DNA of 63,136 bases, counting the filler, from Chiloscyllium plagiosum (taxonomy: Eukaryota), in the NCBI RefSeq assembly GCF_004010195.1. It is 6 parts of one record of this genome, joined end to end, with 100 filler letters (N's around TTAATTAATTAA, not from the genome) between each part and the next. Parts side by side here need not be neighbours in the genome. Positions count along the whole stretch, not along the records: positions 48,898 to 57,375 come from NC_057715.1; positions 57,476 to 63,136 come from NC_057715.1; 4 more parts are not named here. One strand, written 5' to 3'. Shown in pieces: positions 49,487 through 62,755 of the stretch. The notes beneath the pieces are model-generated. The model was not told the origin of the DNA. It was given only the letters and a program-made list of their open reading frames with translations, and ran no database searches. The translations under genes and the position numbers were made by a program. Positions within the stretch are counted from its first letter, which is position 1; each line of letters opens with the position of its first letter.

Positions 49487-52400
49487 TGGATTACTCCCAG
49501 TGCCACGTGTTAATGAGAGTAGGAGTAGGAGGATAGGGCAGATGAATGTGTGGTTGAAGAGCTGGTGCAGGGGGCAGGGATTCAGATTTTTGGATCACTG
49601 GGATCTCTTTCTGGATAGAGGTGACCTGTACAAGAGGAACAGGTTAATCTTGAACTGGAGGGGGACCATATCCTGGCAGGGAGATTTGCCAGACCAAGTT
49701 GGTCGGGTTTAAACTAGTCTGGCAGGTGGGTGGGACCCTAAGCTGTAGTAAGGCAAAGAGAAGGTTGAGGCTGGTACAGAAATTAAAGAGAGCAGGTTAA
49801 ATAGATAAGGCAGGCAAGAGCACAGCAGAGAATGGGGCAAGTCTGATGAATTAAACTACATTACTTTCAATGCAAGAGACCCGACAGATAAACTCAGGGC
49901 ATGGATGGGAACATGGGACTGGGATGTCATAACTATTATAGAAACATGGCTGAGGAAGGGATAGGACTGACAGTTCAATGTTCCTTGTCTCCATAATGAC
50001 TATAAGATCACAGCCAGTATTTGTGCCGGTAATCCATTTATTTTGTTAAAAATACTATGATAGATAAAGATGCTATAGGAAGGATAGAAGGGGAGGCAAG
50101 AGAGAAGAAGGAGTGGCCTTTTTGATGAGGGAAAACATCATGGCAGTACTCAGGATATTCCTGGGTGATCGTCCAGTGAAGCTGTACAGGCAGAACTGAT
50201 AAATGAGAGGGTGATCACTTTGAAAGGGATTGTACTATGGACCCCCCAATAGTCAGTGGGAAATTGATGAGGAAATTTGTAGGGAGATCCCAGAGAGCTG
50301 TAAGAATAACAGGATTGTAATAGTAAGGGATTTCAACTTTACAAACATAGTCTGGGACTGCCATAGTGTTAAGGGCTTGGTTGGAGAGGAATCTGTTAGT
50401 GTGAACAAGAAAAGTTTACTTATTCAATATGTGGAGTACATACTAGACAAGGAGCAAATCTTGACCTCCTCTTGGGAAATAAGGCAGGGCAAGTGATTGG
50501 AGTGTTAGTGAATGAACACTTTGGGACTAATGAACCATAATTATTAGTTTTAAAATAGTTATGGAAAAGGAATCACTTGGTCCACAAGTTAAAGTTCTAA
50601 ATCGAAGTAAGGCCATTTTTAATGGTATTAGACAGGAAATTTCAAAAGTTGATTAGGGATCGCTGTTCGCAGGTAAAGGGACATCTGGCATGTGGGAAGC
50701 TTTCAAAAATGAGGCAACGAAAGTTCAGCGACAGTATGTTCCCGTTAGTGTGAACACCAAGGCTATAGGTGTAGGGAGGAACATTGGATGACTGGAGATG
50801 TTGACACTCTGGTCAAGAAAAGGAAAAAGGCATATGTCAGTTATAGACAGCTGGGATCAAGTGAATCCCTTGAGGAGTACACTTACGAGGAAAATTAGGA
50901 GGGTGAAAAGGGGCTTGAGATTGGATTCTCCTTAACCTTATCTGCCAAAGCAAAGAGATTCTACAAGTATATTACTGGCAAAATAATAACAAGGGAGAGA
51001 ATAGGGCCTTTGAAAGATCAATAAGGCCATCTATGTGTGGAACCACAGGAGATGGGTGAGATCCTAAATGAATATTTCACATCAGTATTTACTGTGGAGA
51101 AAGATATGGAAGCTAGGGAACGCAGGGAAACTTGACAAGAGTTCACATCACAGAAGAAAAGGTGCTCGAGGTCTTAAAATGCAGAAAACATATATAATTC
51201 CCTGAGACCTGATCAAATGTTTCCCAGGACATTGTGTGAAGGTAGGGGAGAAATTGCAGAGCCCCAGTAGAGATATTTGTATCATCGATAGCCATGGGTG
51301 AAGTGCTTGAAGCCTGGAGATTGGCTAACATTGTGACACTATTTCAGAAAGGCTGCAATGACAAATCAGTGAACTACAGACCGGTGAGCCTGATGTCAGT
51401 GGTGGGTGAGTTGTTGAAGAGTTTTTGAGAAATTGGATCTACATGCATTTGGAAAAGCAATGACTGATTAGGGATAGTATGGCTTTGTGCATGGGAAACT
51501 GTGTCTCACAAACTTGATTCAATTTTTTGAAGAGATGACCTAAAAGATAAATGAAAGCAGATCAATAGATGTTGTCTACATGGACTTAAGCAAGGTTTTC
51601 AACAATGTTTGCATGGGTAGATTGGTTAGAAAAGTTAGATCACATGGGATCAAGGGAGAGCTATCCAATTGGATACAAAATTGGCTTGACGATAGGATGT
51701 GAAAGGGTGAAAATAGAGGGAAGTTGTTCAGACTGGAGTCCTGTGACCAGTGATATGCCACAAGGATCGGTGATGAGTCCACAGTTGTTTGTCATTTCTA
51801 TAAAAGATTTGGAAAGAATATTGAAGGCATGGTTAGTAAGTTTGCGAATGACGCCATAATTGGTGGCATAGTGGACAGTGAAGAAAGTAATCTAAGTGCA
51901 CAACAGGGTCTTGATCAACTGGGCCAGTGGGCCAAGGAATGGCAGATGGAGTTTAATTTAGATAAATGCAAAATAAGACAAACCAGGGCAAGACTTACAC
52001 AGTCAATGGTAGGACTCTGGGGAGTGTTGTCGAACAGAGAGGGGTGCAGGTACATAGTTCCTTGAAAGTCGCAGCACAGATATAAAGAATGGTGAAGAAG
52101 GCATTTGGCATGCTTGGCTTCATCGGTCAGAGCATTGAGTACAGGAGTTGGGATGTCATGTTACACTGTATAAGACATTGGTAAGGCAACATTTGGAGTA
52201 CTGTGTACAATTCTGATCGCCCTCCTGTATGAAGGATGTTATTAAACTAGAAAGGGTGTAAAAAAGATTTACAACGTTGTTACCAAGACTAGAGGGTTTG
52301 AGTTATAAGGTGAGGCTGAATAGGCTGTGACTTTCTTCCCTGGAGCACAGGAGGCTGAGGAGTGACCTTATAGAAATTTATAAAATCAAGAGAGGCATAG

Positions 52401-52740
52401 ATAATGTGAATTGCCAAGGTCATTTCCCCACGGAAGGGAAGTCTAAAACTCAATGGCAGAAACTTAAAGTGGGAAGGGAAAGATTTAAAAGGGTCCTGAG
52501 GGGCAATCTTTTCACATGGAAATGGTGCAGAAATGGAACAAGCTGTCAGAGGAAGTGGTAGAGGCAGGTACAATTACAACATTTAAAAGACATTTGGATA
52601 GGTACATGGATAGGAATGGTTGAGAGGGATATTGGCCAAATGCAGGAAATCCACTTTCCCAGTTCAGTTTAGGAAAACTGGTCAGCATGGATGAGTTGGG
52701 CTGAAGGGTCTGTTTCTGCTCTATCACTCTATAACTCTCA
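49487..52740 (+). mobile_element. CR1 LINE (ORF1 esterase end, decayed ORF2, 3' tail)
   Basis: WLKSWCRGQGFRFLDHWDLF; YYGPPNS, DFNFTNI.WD; PQGSVM, SKFAND; ctctatcactctataactc tail. Confidence 0.9.
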
Positions 52741-54729
52741 TTTCCGGCTATCGTACTTATTCTAACCCATAATAACAAAGCTGCTCAACCACACTTTCCT
52801 TTCTGTCTGTCCTTCCAAAAAGAAATCACCTATCCCTGAATGTTTAGTTCCCAGTTTTAACCTCCTTGTAACCTTGTTTCCATAATGACTATAAGATCAC
52901 AGTCAGTAATCTCTATTTGTGCCAATAATCCATTTATTTTGTTCAAAATAATCAAGTAAAAAGCTACCAATTTTGTATTTTTCCCATATTTTCCTGCTTT
53001 GAGCCGAATTGCTGCTATTTTGACTGAAAACATTTGCAGTGAGGTTGCCTTACACCAGATTAGGCACTCTATATTTTAGCCGGTCATTCAGCCACTTTCG
53101 GACTTAGTGAGGCTGCTGGGCTTCTGCCTCCTGTTCTGCATTAAAGAGAACAGCAAAGATAAATCCAGATGTTAGAAAAGACTTACAAAGTTGCACATAT
53201 TTTCTCTAGAGTATCAGATTTAAAGTGAAGGGATATGATTCATGTTTACAATTAGTAAAAGATGAGTGTAAAGAAGCATCTTGTGGAAAACCAGGACAAC
53301 AGATCATTACAGACTGAAGTAAAGAAATTGACCTATTTCATTTTGAAATAACCTCCTCAGATGCAGTGTGTGGAAATTTAATTACTGTGTAATTCAGTTG
53401 TGGCCATGTGATCTGATGGTAGCAATATGATTATCTTAGTGGTATCATAAAGGCACTTATAGACTCTGAATGTAATTAAACCTGTACTTGTAAATGCTTT
53501 AAACCAATGATTAAACTGAAATGAATTGAAACAAAATGCATCAGATCTTCCCAAACAAAATGCTTCGCTCCTTGTCAATCTAAATAAAACATTATGATAG
53601 TATCCAGCAACTCTGTGTAACTCAATGTACGGCAGCTTTTTAAATTTAGTTACAAAATGTTATGTCACCTGATTCCTTCTATTGAAATATGTCGCATAAA
53701 ATCACACTGTTTGTCATCAGTGATGATTGATGAAATCTTCTGTTCTCGCTGGTGGTGAGCTTATGAGCAACAAAAGCACATAAGTAGGTGGGTTCATAGT
53801 GTACCTGAAACTTGCTGGCTTTCTGCTTGAGCCAGAATTCAGTGCAGCATGGAGAGACCTGATCTACTTTCCTACTATACTTGCTAAGAGAGGACTTTAA
53901 GTGGCCAATTAATAGCAGCTCACTGCTATTGGCATTAGCTCTGTGGAGGGCAGACCTATCACTGAGCAGTGTGCCAGGCAGCAAAAACATCACAGTGACC
54001 CTTCTACAGCACTCTCCCTATGGCTCCCACCTCTGACCAGTATTTTTCTTGCAGCAGCCAGTGCTTCGCTTTGGAGCTGCTGAGCTCAAAAGCTGCAGGT
54101 TTCTGATTGACCAGCAACTCTCAGTAGGAAAGACTTCTGCTCCAGATATTGATTCCAGGAGAAGGCGAGGCAATAACTGATTGGTTTGTGGTTCCAAGGA
54201 CCTTGCTGAAAATGAGGAGTGTGGTTTCTCACTGACTGTCCAGCCATAAAACAAGACCCCTGATGCCTCAAGATGATTCTGCATTTAAAGGATATTATAC
54301 TGGATTACACATCCATCTGATAATCAATATTTGTAATGTAGAATAAAGGTAAAATATTGTAATTTGTCCATTTTTTTCATAAACTCAGATGTGTAAATTT
54401 CTGTGCTTATGAAAACGAGCAATGCCAGCCAATCTAATTAGATGCAGGGTAAGTCTCCTGCTGCATTGACCCAATATTGCACCTTAAATCCAACTTGGAA
54501 ATAGCTCTTCCTCCATACCAGTGTTGTGACAATTTGATTTCCCATACCAACCATCTTTGTCGTTGCTCCTCAACAAGGCTTTATGTTCAGTGGCAGTTTG
54601 TGGCTCACAGACAATAGGAACTGACTTGAAATTGCCCAAGTCCATTTCATTTACATTAGAGAGTGAGGGAAATTTCATTTCATTAGTCTAGCCTGGATTT
54701 AGAGTTAACTTTCGATGGTGACATAACAT

Positions 54730-55750
54730 AATTCTGAGAAAGCCAGTGAAAAAGACAGTTTTAGTTTACAGAGGATATAAGGGGGTTGGTCAGGTAGCAG
54801 ACCTGCGGCAGATGGGATTTAACTCTGATAAGTGTGAGGTGGTGTACTTTGGAAGAAGTGACGAGGCAAGGGAGTACTCCATGAATGGCTGGATCCTAGA
54901 AGGCTCAGAGGGATCTGGGGGTGCTTATCCACAAATCCCTGATGGTGACAGGACAGGTTAGTAGAGTAGTTTAGAAGGCATACGGGACACTGGCCTTTAT
55001 CAGTTGAAGCATTAATTATCGAGCAGGGAGGCTATGATGGAGCTATATAAAATTTTGGTTAGGCCACTGCACATTATAGGAAGGATGCGATTGCACTGGA
55101 GGGGATACAGACGAGATTCATCAGACGTTGTCTGGGATAGAGCAATTTAGCTATGAAGAGAGGCTGAATAAGCTCAGGTTGTTTCCTTTGGAGCAGACAA
55201 GGTTGACAGGAGACCTGATAGAGGTGTACAGAGGAACCTCGATTATCCGAAGGACATGGGTGGGGAGTATTTCATTTGGTTAATCAAATTCTGGATAATT
55301 GAATGCAGGATAACTTAGTTTAGCCAAGCATCGGGACCTTGCAATCTTGCCAGATAATCTGATATTCGGACAATCTAATGCCAGATAATCGAGGTTCCTC
55401 TGTATAAGAAGATGAGGGACATGGACAGAGTGAATAGAAAGCAGCTATTCGTCTTAGACGAAGGGTCAATAAAGAGGGGGCACACTTTGAAGGTGAAAGG
55501 CAGATGGTTTAGCGGGGATTTGAGGAAAAATCTTTTGAGCAGAAGATTGTGGGATCCGAAATGCACTGCCTGGGAGGGCAGTTGAGGTGGTAAACCTCAC
55601 AGCTATAAAGTATTTGGATGAGCATTTGGAATGTCATAATAGTCAAGGCTATGGACCTAGTGCTGGAAAGTGAGACCGGTGTAGATTTAGTGTAGCTTTG
55701 ATGGTAGAGTTGATATTTTGAACGGCTTCTTCTGTACCGTATGATTCTAG
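54730..55750 (+). mobile_element. Older CR1 3' fragment
   Basis: QMGFNSDKCEVVYFGR motif and CR1 3' region; split by a MITE. Confidence 0.8.
55229..55402. mobile_element. Tc1/mariner-pogo (Tigger-type) MITE, 174 bp
   Basis: Perfect 19-bp TIRs CAGAGGAACCTCGATTATC; TA duplicated at 55227-55228 and 55403-55404. Confidence 0.9.
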
Positions 55751-56044
55751 ATACTGGATTGTGGCACCAACCATTTCTCTTCCCTCATCCAGAGCACCAG
55801 TTCGCAACCCCCCCTCCCATTGCCATTCAAATCCCCTACCAGCCCAATCCTCAATCATATTGCATTCTGACTGTATTTGCTGTTGTGGTTGAGATATAGC
55901 ACAGCTTTCCACAATATTTAGTTCATCATGTTACACTTAAGTATTCAGATATCTTATCCAATAATAAGGCACCAATAATATTTATTTTCATAAGAATACC
56001 AAGAGCTTACTGGTTCCAAAAAAAAGAGCTAACATTTTGAACTA

Positions 56045-56915
56045 TGTTAAAAATCACACAATACCAGGTTATAGTCCAACAGGTTTATTTGGAAGCACTA
56101 GCTTTCGGAGCGTTGCTCCTTCAGGTGGTTGTGGAGTATAAGATCGTAGGACACAGAATTTATAGCAAACATTTACAGTGTGGTGTAACTGAAGTTATAT
56201 ATTGAAAAAGATCTGGATTGTTTAAGTCTCTCATCTTTTAGAATGAACATGTTGGTTTCAGTTCTTTCATATGAAAATTCCAGAACTTTCTTAAAGTTAC
56301 ATTCTCAAGTGAACTTCAACAATAGGTGCCATGTTGGCCCAGATAATGCATTGAAGGAATGAGGTGCCCTGTGTGAGGCTGTCTGTGCCCCAATGTTTGC
56401 ACTAATTCTACTCTAAAAGAGGGAATTACAGAATCTTACATGGATTTAAGCAGTTTTTGAACAAAGTAAAATGTAATTCTGCAAGTAAAAGCTCACCCCA
56501 CAAACTTATATGTGTGTGTTTGCACGGGGAGGGATGGGGATATGAGTATCTGTCAGAGAGTGTGTGTATGTGTGTGAGTGTAAAGGGGTGTAAGGGTGAG
56601 AGGGTACTTGTGTGAGTGTGAGAGAGTATGTGTGAGCGCATGAGAGAGGGTCTGTGTGAGTGTATGGATCTTTATGTGTGTCTGTCTGTAAGTGTGTCAT
56701 ATGGATGAATGGACATGGCACAATGATAAACAGACAGGAGTGTTCCCTCCCAGTCAGAGAATACTTCAGCAGTCCGGGACATTCAACCTCGGGCCTTCAG
56801 GTGACCATCCTCCAAGGTGCATTTCAGGACAGGCAACAATGCAAAGTGACCGAGCAGAGGCTGATAGCCACGTTCAGTAACAATAGGGATGGCCTCAACT
56901 GGGACCTTGGGTTCA
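56045..56915 (-). mobile_element. PLE family 2: pLTR and (TG)n-rich region (minus) plus inverted GIY-YIG end (plus)
   Basis: 56045-56480 is homologous to the reverse of 46085-46500. 56700-56915 (+) encodes MNGH...SLPVREYFS.PGHS...LQVTILQG...EQRLIATF...DGLN.DLGF. Confidence 0.75.
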
Positions 56916-57375
56916 CTCCCAGCTTCAGTCCCACACCAGGTCCTAGCTCCCAGCCCTGCCGTATTTTCACCATCCCTCCAGACCTCCCACTCTCTGAGGA
57001 TGAAGGATCAGTCCTCAGCAGAGGCCTCACCTTCATCCCCCTACGCTCCCGGATTAACGAATTCAACACGCGGCGAGACATCGAGCATTTCTTCCGCCGC
57101 CTTCGCCTCCGCGTCTAGTTCTTCAACCAGGACTCCCGCCAACCCTCTGACAACCCCTTCTCCCGGCTCCAACACACCCCATCCACCTGGACACCCCGTG
57201 CTGGCCTCTTACCCGCCCACGATCTCCTTATAGCCAAGTGCCGCCGTGACATTGACCGCCTCAACCTGTCCAACCCTCTCACCCACTCCAACCTCTCACC
57301 CTCGCAACGTGCAGCCCTCCACTCCCTCCGCTCCAACCCCAACCTCACAATCAAACCGGCAGACAAGGGAGGCGC
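56916..57375 (+). mobile_element. Young PLE family 1 ORF, N-terminal/pre-RT region
   Basis: PLSEDEGSVLSRGLTFIP...FFRRLRLR and LRSNPNLTIKPADKGG motifs. Confidence 0.85.
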
Positions 57376-57475
57376 NNNNNNNNNNNNNNNNNNNNNNNNN
57401 NNNNNNNNNNNNNNNNNNNTTAATTAATTAANNNNNNNNNNNNNNNNNNNNNNNNNNNNNNNNNNNNNNNNNNNN
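57376..57475. other. Artificial contig spacer
   Basis: 44N-TTAATTAATTAA-44N. Confidence 0.97.
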
Positions 57476-57983
57476 TCCAGCTCCAGTTCCCTAACATGGT
57501 CTTGGAGGAGCTGGAGATGGGTGCACTTCCTGCAAGTGTAATCAGCAGGGACGACCATGGCATCCCTCACCTCAAACATGTTGCAAGAGGAACATTGCAC
57601 TGCCTTCACTGCCATCCCTCTAAAAGTAACCTTTTAAAAAAAACAAACTAGGTCTAAAGAATAGAACAAGCAAAATGCAGCACTTACCTACTTACCACAA
57701 CGGGTCTTATTATTAGGTTAGAGGAGGAGGGCGGGTGCCTCAGGTTCCTCTCCTGCACGCTTTTAGAGGGAAAAAACCTACCCAGGTAAGCTTGTGCTAT
57801 ACCTGCTTCCGGGTCCCGGCTGCCCCTCTGGTCGTCGTCACTTCCCCCTGCTGCTCCCGCTCTTGCTGTGAAGTGGAAAAAAAAACATCGCTGCCCGCTA
57901 CCGGTAAGTAATTTTAAAACAAACTGTCTTACTTTCGCTGTAGCCTTCCGGGTTCGTTTAAACTCAGCTGCTGCTCGCACTCA
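57476..57983 (-). mobile_element. Young CR1 5' end (5'UTR + ORF1 zinc-finger/leucine-zipper start), inserted in L1
   Basis: MAVKAVQCSSCNMFEVRD...YTCRKCTHLQLLQDHVRELEL from ATG 57615. Confidence 0.85.
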
Positions 57984-60119
57984 AAAATCCCTACCTGTAG
58001 GGTGGAGACACCTCCAGACGTCCACCAATCCTAATTCACCACACAAACCTAATAACTGTTTAGTTTGTGCAGAGGGTATCGAGGGACCTTTAGGCAACAT
58101 GTCTACTGTGCGGTCCATGAGGCAATTAAAATCTCCCCCTATAATGATGTACCGAGACTTGAGATGAATCAGTTTAGAAAAAGAATTTAAGAGGATGAGC
58201 TGGGGGACAAGAAACATTTAAAATGCCATTTTCTTCCCATTTATCAAGGCTTTAAGAATTATAAACCTCCTGTATGTGTCTTTAACACATTCCAACAATT
58301 TAAATGAGAGATGTTTCCTAACTAATATAGCCACTCCCCTACTTCTTGCATTAAATGATGAAAAATAAATTCGGTCAAAGCCACTCTGCTGTAATTTCAG
58401 ACGTTCCTTGTCATCCAAATGTGTCTCCTGTAACAAAGCAATATCCACCTTCTCCTTTCTAAGACTCAAGAGTACCTTCTTCCTCTTAATTGGTGAGTGA
58501 CTTCCCTTGATATTCCAGGTACACCATTTAACCAAATCATTAGCCATAATCTTCTGCAATTACATTTAAATTCCAGAGAGGAGGAACCCGAACCACAAAT
58601 TGCTGAGCCTTAGTGTTGCATGGTCCACCAAATATAAAAACTACATAAACTAAAGCCTCTACATTTAACAAACATACAAAATTATTAAAAATAATACACA
58701 ACAAAAACCAGAAAACAAACCAACATATAAAGCGCCAATAGCGCTGAATAGGGCAACTCACCCCCTGCCCGGAAGGGGCAACTACCCGTCCCGAACTGCC
58801 CATAAATAGGCATATAACCATCTCAACCACCTTCACCTCTCCCAGCTCGAGCTGCATCGCAAGCACAAGCTAAAAAGAATAAACACCCCATAGAATGTCA
58901 ATATGAATAAAAACACATTCTTTTATAAAAAAAAAAGGGGTAATAAATACCCCACCCATCCTTTGGTATGTCCTAACTTAAAAATTTAAAATGTACATCT
59001 TAACCACCACCAGACATAGTTTGAACCAAATTATTATCAATAGAGGAAAAAAAGGGGAAAAACAAAGCTCCAACCGGATTTCCTCCATTTCTTTTACAGA
59101 ATGATAAACGCATACCCAAGCAACAATATTTAAACATACTACAATTGTTTAAATTAGGTTAGTTTGTCCACAAAGTCTCTTGCCTTCTCCGATGTGTGAA
59201 AGAGATGCATGGATCCATCTAAGGTGATCCGAAGCACTGCCGGATATCTCAGGGAGTACTGAATCCCAAGCTCCTTCAATCTTCTCTTGACACCATCATT
59301 CGATTTTCATTTCTGGATCACCGCCGCTGAAAAGTCCTGAAAAAACATGATCTTAGACCCCTCATAAATTAGGGCCTTTGGATCCTTTCCCTGGAGTCTG
59401 GAAGCCTTATACCAGTAATGATGGAACCGCACCAGGAAAGGACGAGGGTGTTGACCCAGACCCGACCTCTGTGCTACAACCCAGTGAGCCCTCTCTATCT
59501 TTAATCCTCTCATGCCAGTCTCCAAGTCAAGGAAATTCGGAAGCCAATCTTCAACAAATTCCGCAGGCCGCTCACCTTCCTTACCCTCAGGCAGACCAAT
59601 GATCCAAATGTTTTTTCTCCTGCCCCTGTTTTCAAGATCATCCACTTGGTCACGCAAATTACGAACCTGCGTCTTCAGGAGGTTCCTTGAATGAACTGGC
59701 ATCAGCTTCCACCACTGTGACCCTGTGCTCCTCCTCATCCATCCTCTTCTCCAGGTCTCCCAGCTGCTGCTCATGCTTCTGCAGCATGAGAGAGACTGAA
59801 ACCAGCTTCTCTTCAATCTGTTTCCCCAACATCTCACGAGATTTTGAGAGCTGGTTCACCAGGTCCTGGAGACTAATCGGCTCTGAGGCTGCAGCAGGCT
59901 GAGCTGCAGGCCCGGCCTAAGATGCTCCTCCTCCCTTTTTAGGCATTTCTGGACAGCTGAAAATACAGATAAGTCAATTTTTAAATGTTTCTTGGAGCTA
60001 TCCAAGACCCCAAGAAATCCTGATGACCTAGGTTGGGTGGGTTAAAGGACTGTCCTGCTCCTGCTGTGATGCGAAGCTCTGCAGTGTGATCTTCTCAGAT
60101 GCCGCCATCTTAGATCCCC
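57984..60119 (-). mobile_element. L1 LINE 5' half: 5'UTR, disrupted ORF1 (59946-59154), spacer, ORF2 endonuclease (from 58547)
   Basis: ORF1 coiled coil plus DDLENRGRRKNIWIIGLPEG..IERAH; ORF2 TWNIKG, DIALLQETHL, IIGGDFN. Premature stop at ORF1 codon 10 and frameshifts. Confidence 0.92.
60101..60111 (-). promoter_or_regulatory. YY1-type motif at L1 5' end
   Basis: Minus strand reads GGGGATCT-AAGATGGCGGC, i.e. the motif starts 8 nt from the apparent 5' end. Confidence 0.55.
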
Positions 60120-60224
60120 AATTACATCTTCTTGATCAGCTTCATTCACAGAATACAACAAACACTGAATTCTTCATGAGGTTGTCATATTTACTTTATC
60201 AAACTGAGAACATTTCCACATTTT

Positions 60225-61790
60225 AAAATCCATTTGTTGGATGTGAGTGTTGCGAGCTGACCGCCATTTATTGCTTGTCCATAGTTACTCTTGAGAAGAT
60301 GGTAACGAGCTGCCTTTTTGAACCACTGCAGTCCACCTGTTGAGGGTTGACCAAAAATGCCCTTAGGTAGAGAATTCCCAGATTTTGACCTTAGTGACAG
60401 TGGAAGAATGATCATATACTTCCAAGTCAGAATAGTGAGTGGCTTGGAGGGGAATTTGCAGTTGGTGATGTTCCCATATTTCTGCTGCCCTTGATCTTCA
60501 AGATAGATGTGACCATGGATTTGAAAGGTGCTATCTGAGGATCTTTGGTGAATTTCTGCAGTGCATCTTGTAGATAATGCACCTCACACTACTGCTACTG
60601 AGCATCAGCGATGGAGGGAATGGAAGTTTGTAGATGTGGTGCCAATCAAGCAGGCTGCTTTTTCCTGGATGGTGTCAAGCTTCTTGTGTGTTGTGCAGCT
60701 GCACTCATCCAAGCAGGCAGGGAATATTCCATCATATCCTGACTTGTGCCTTGTAGATGATGGTTTGGCATTTGTGGAGTCAGGAGATGAGTTACTCACC
60801 ACAGTATTCCTAGTCTCTTACCTGCTCTTGTAGCCACTGTGTTTATGTGGTAAGTCCAGTTGAGTTTCTGGTCAATGGTAACCCCAGAGATATTGACATT
60901 GGAGCACTCAGTGATGGCAATACCACCAAATGTAAAGGGTTGCTGATTAGATTGTCTCTTATTGAAAATAGTCATTGCCTGACATTTCGTGGCGTGGATG
61001 TTACATGTCACTTTTCAGCTCAAGCTTGGATATTTTCAAAATCTTTTTATGCTTGAACATGGACTGCTTCAATACCTGAGGAGTCATGAATGGTGTTGTA
61101 ATGGGGTCAGGAGCTGAGGTCCTGGTGAAACCCAAACGGGGTGTCACTGAGTAGGTTATTGTTGAGTAGGTTCTGATTGATAGCACTGTTGATGTCACCT
61201 TCCATCACTTTACTGATGTTCAAGAGTAGACTGATAGGGCAATAACTGGCCAGGCTAAATTTGCCCGGATTTTTATGTACAGGGCAGACCTGGGCAATCT
61301 TCCACATTGTTGCGTAGATGCCAGTGTTCTAATTGTACTGGAAGAACTTGGCTAGAGGAGCAACAAGTTTTGGAACACAGATATTCAGTACTATCATCGG
61401 AATGTTGTCAGGGTCCATGGGCTTTACAGTATCCAGTGCCTCCAACCAGTTTTGGTATCACATGGAGTGAATCGATTTGGTTGAAGACTGGTATCTGTAA
61501 AGCTGGGGACCACTGGGGGAGGCCACGACGGATCATCCACTCAGCATTTCTGGCTGAAGATTGCTGCAAATGCTTCAGTGGTGACTTTTGCACTGTTGGA
61601 CTCTTCCATCATTGAAGATGACAATATTTGTGAAGCTTCCTCCTCCAATGAGTTGTTTAATTGTCCATCACCACATCACCAATTGGATGTGCGAAGACTG
61701 CAGAGCTGAGATCTGATCCATTTGTTGTGGGATTGCTTAGTTTTGTCCATCATTTGCTGCTTATGCTGTTTGGTGCACGTTTGATAGCAC
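60225..61790 (-). mobile_element. LINE family B RT/3' part with internal deletions
   Basis: MWKIAQVCPVHK..ASYCPISLL.NISKVMEG (ORF 61107-61307); the tail matches 29000-29280. Confidence 0.85.
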
Positions 61791-62379
61791 ATGGAGGACT
61801 CCTGATCAATCAGCTGAGGGGAGTTTGGTATGTAGTCATCGGCAGGAGATTTCCTTGCCCTTGATAGCCTGAAGCCATGAATAGACTGCACGAATGGATA
61901 AAAATAATGCTCCTTCTTCCAAAACAGGCATGCAAGAGGATGCATATATGTCTGCATTTTTATTTGTAATACAATGTTGTCAACCAGAATGTACATCAGT
62001 AATTAGTTGTGGGTATTTGATCAATTCCTATTTAGAATGATCTTTTTGTTGTGAGTCATTTAATTAGACTCACAATCTGCATGAAATGTTTTTTTTGCCA
62101 AAAGATTATAATCCACTACAATATAGTTCACATATTTTTGAAATGTTACTCTAGATAAAAAAAGGAAGAATTTATCTTGTTAATTCCAGGTTTTGAATGT
62201 TGGGACTAAACATAATGCTGAATATAACCTAGAAAAGACAAATGCTACCCAATTCTGAACAGAGCATTGATTAGCAAAATGACTGGCCCAGCAATACTGT
62301 GTCAAACTTGATTCAATGTGGGTACTCTTGCCTGTAAATAGGAATGTTCTGCATTCTATTTTGTTTAGTTTTAAATTAA

Positions 62380-62755
62380 AGCAGGAGCAGCATTTGCTTC
62401 CCATCTCTAATTGACCTTGAGAATTGGTGGTGAACTGATTTCTTGAACCATTATAATGAAGTAATAACTGTACTTTCACAGTGTACTTCAGTAGGAAGTT
62501 GCAAGATTTTGATCTGAACACCGTGAAGGAACAATATCATTTTCAAGTCAGGGATGTCTGTGTTTTGGATGGGACCTGTATCGGCATGTACTCATGTGAA
62601 TTCTGACTTTGTTTTCTGTTTGGTAGAGACCATTGTTTTGATAAGTGCTGTTGAAACACATTGTGTAGATGGTTCTCATTGCTGCTACCATGTGCCAGTG
62701 GTAGAGAGAAGCTGTTCATGGTGGTGGATGGGGTACTAACCAAGTAGGCTGTCAT
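62380..62755 (-). mobile_element. Old LINE family B 3' fragment
   Basis: Similar to 3820-4200 and 60270-60670. Confidence 0.6.
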
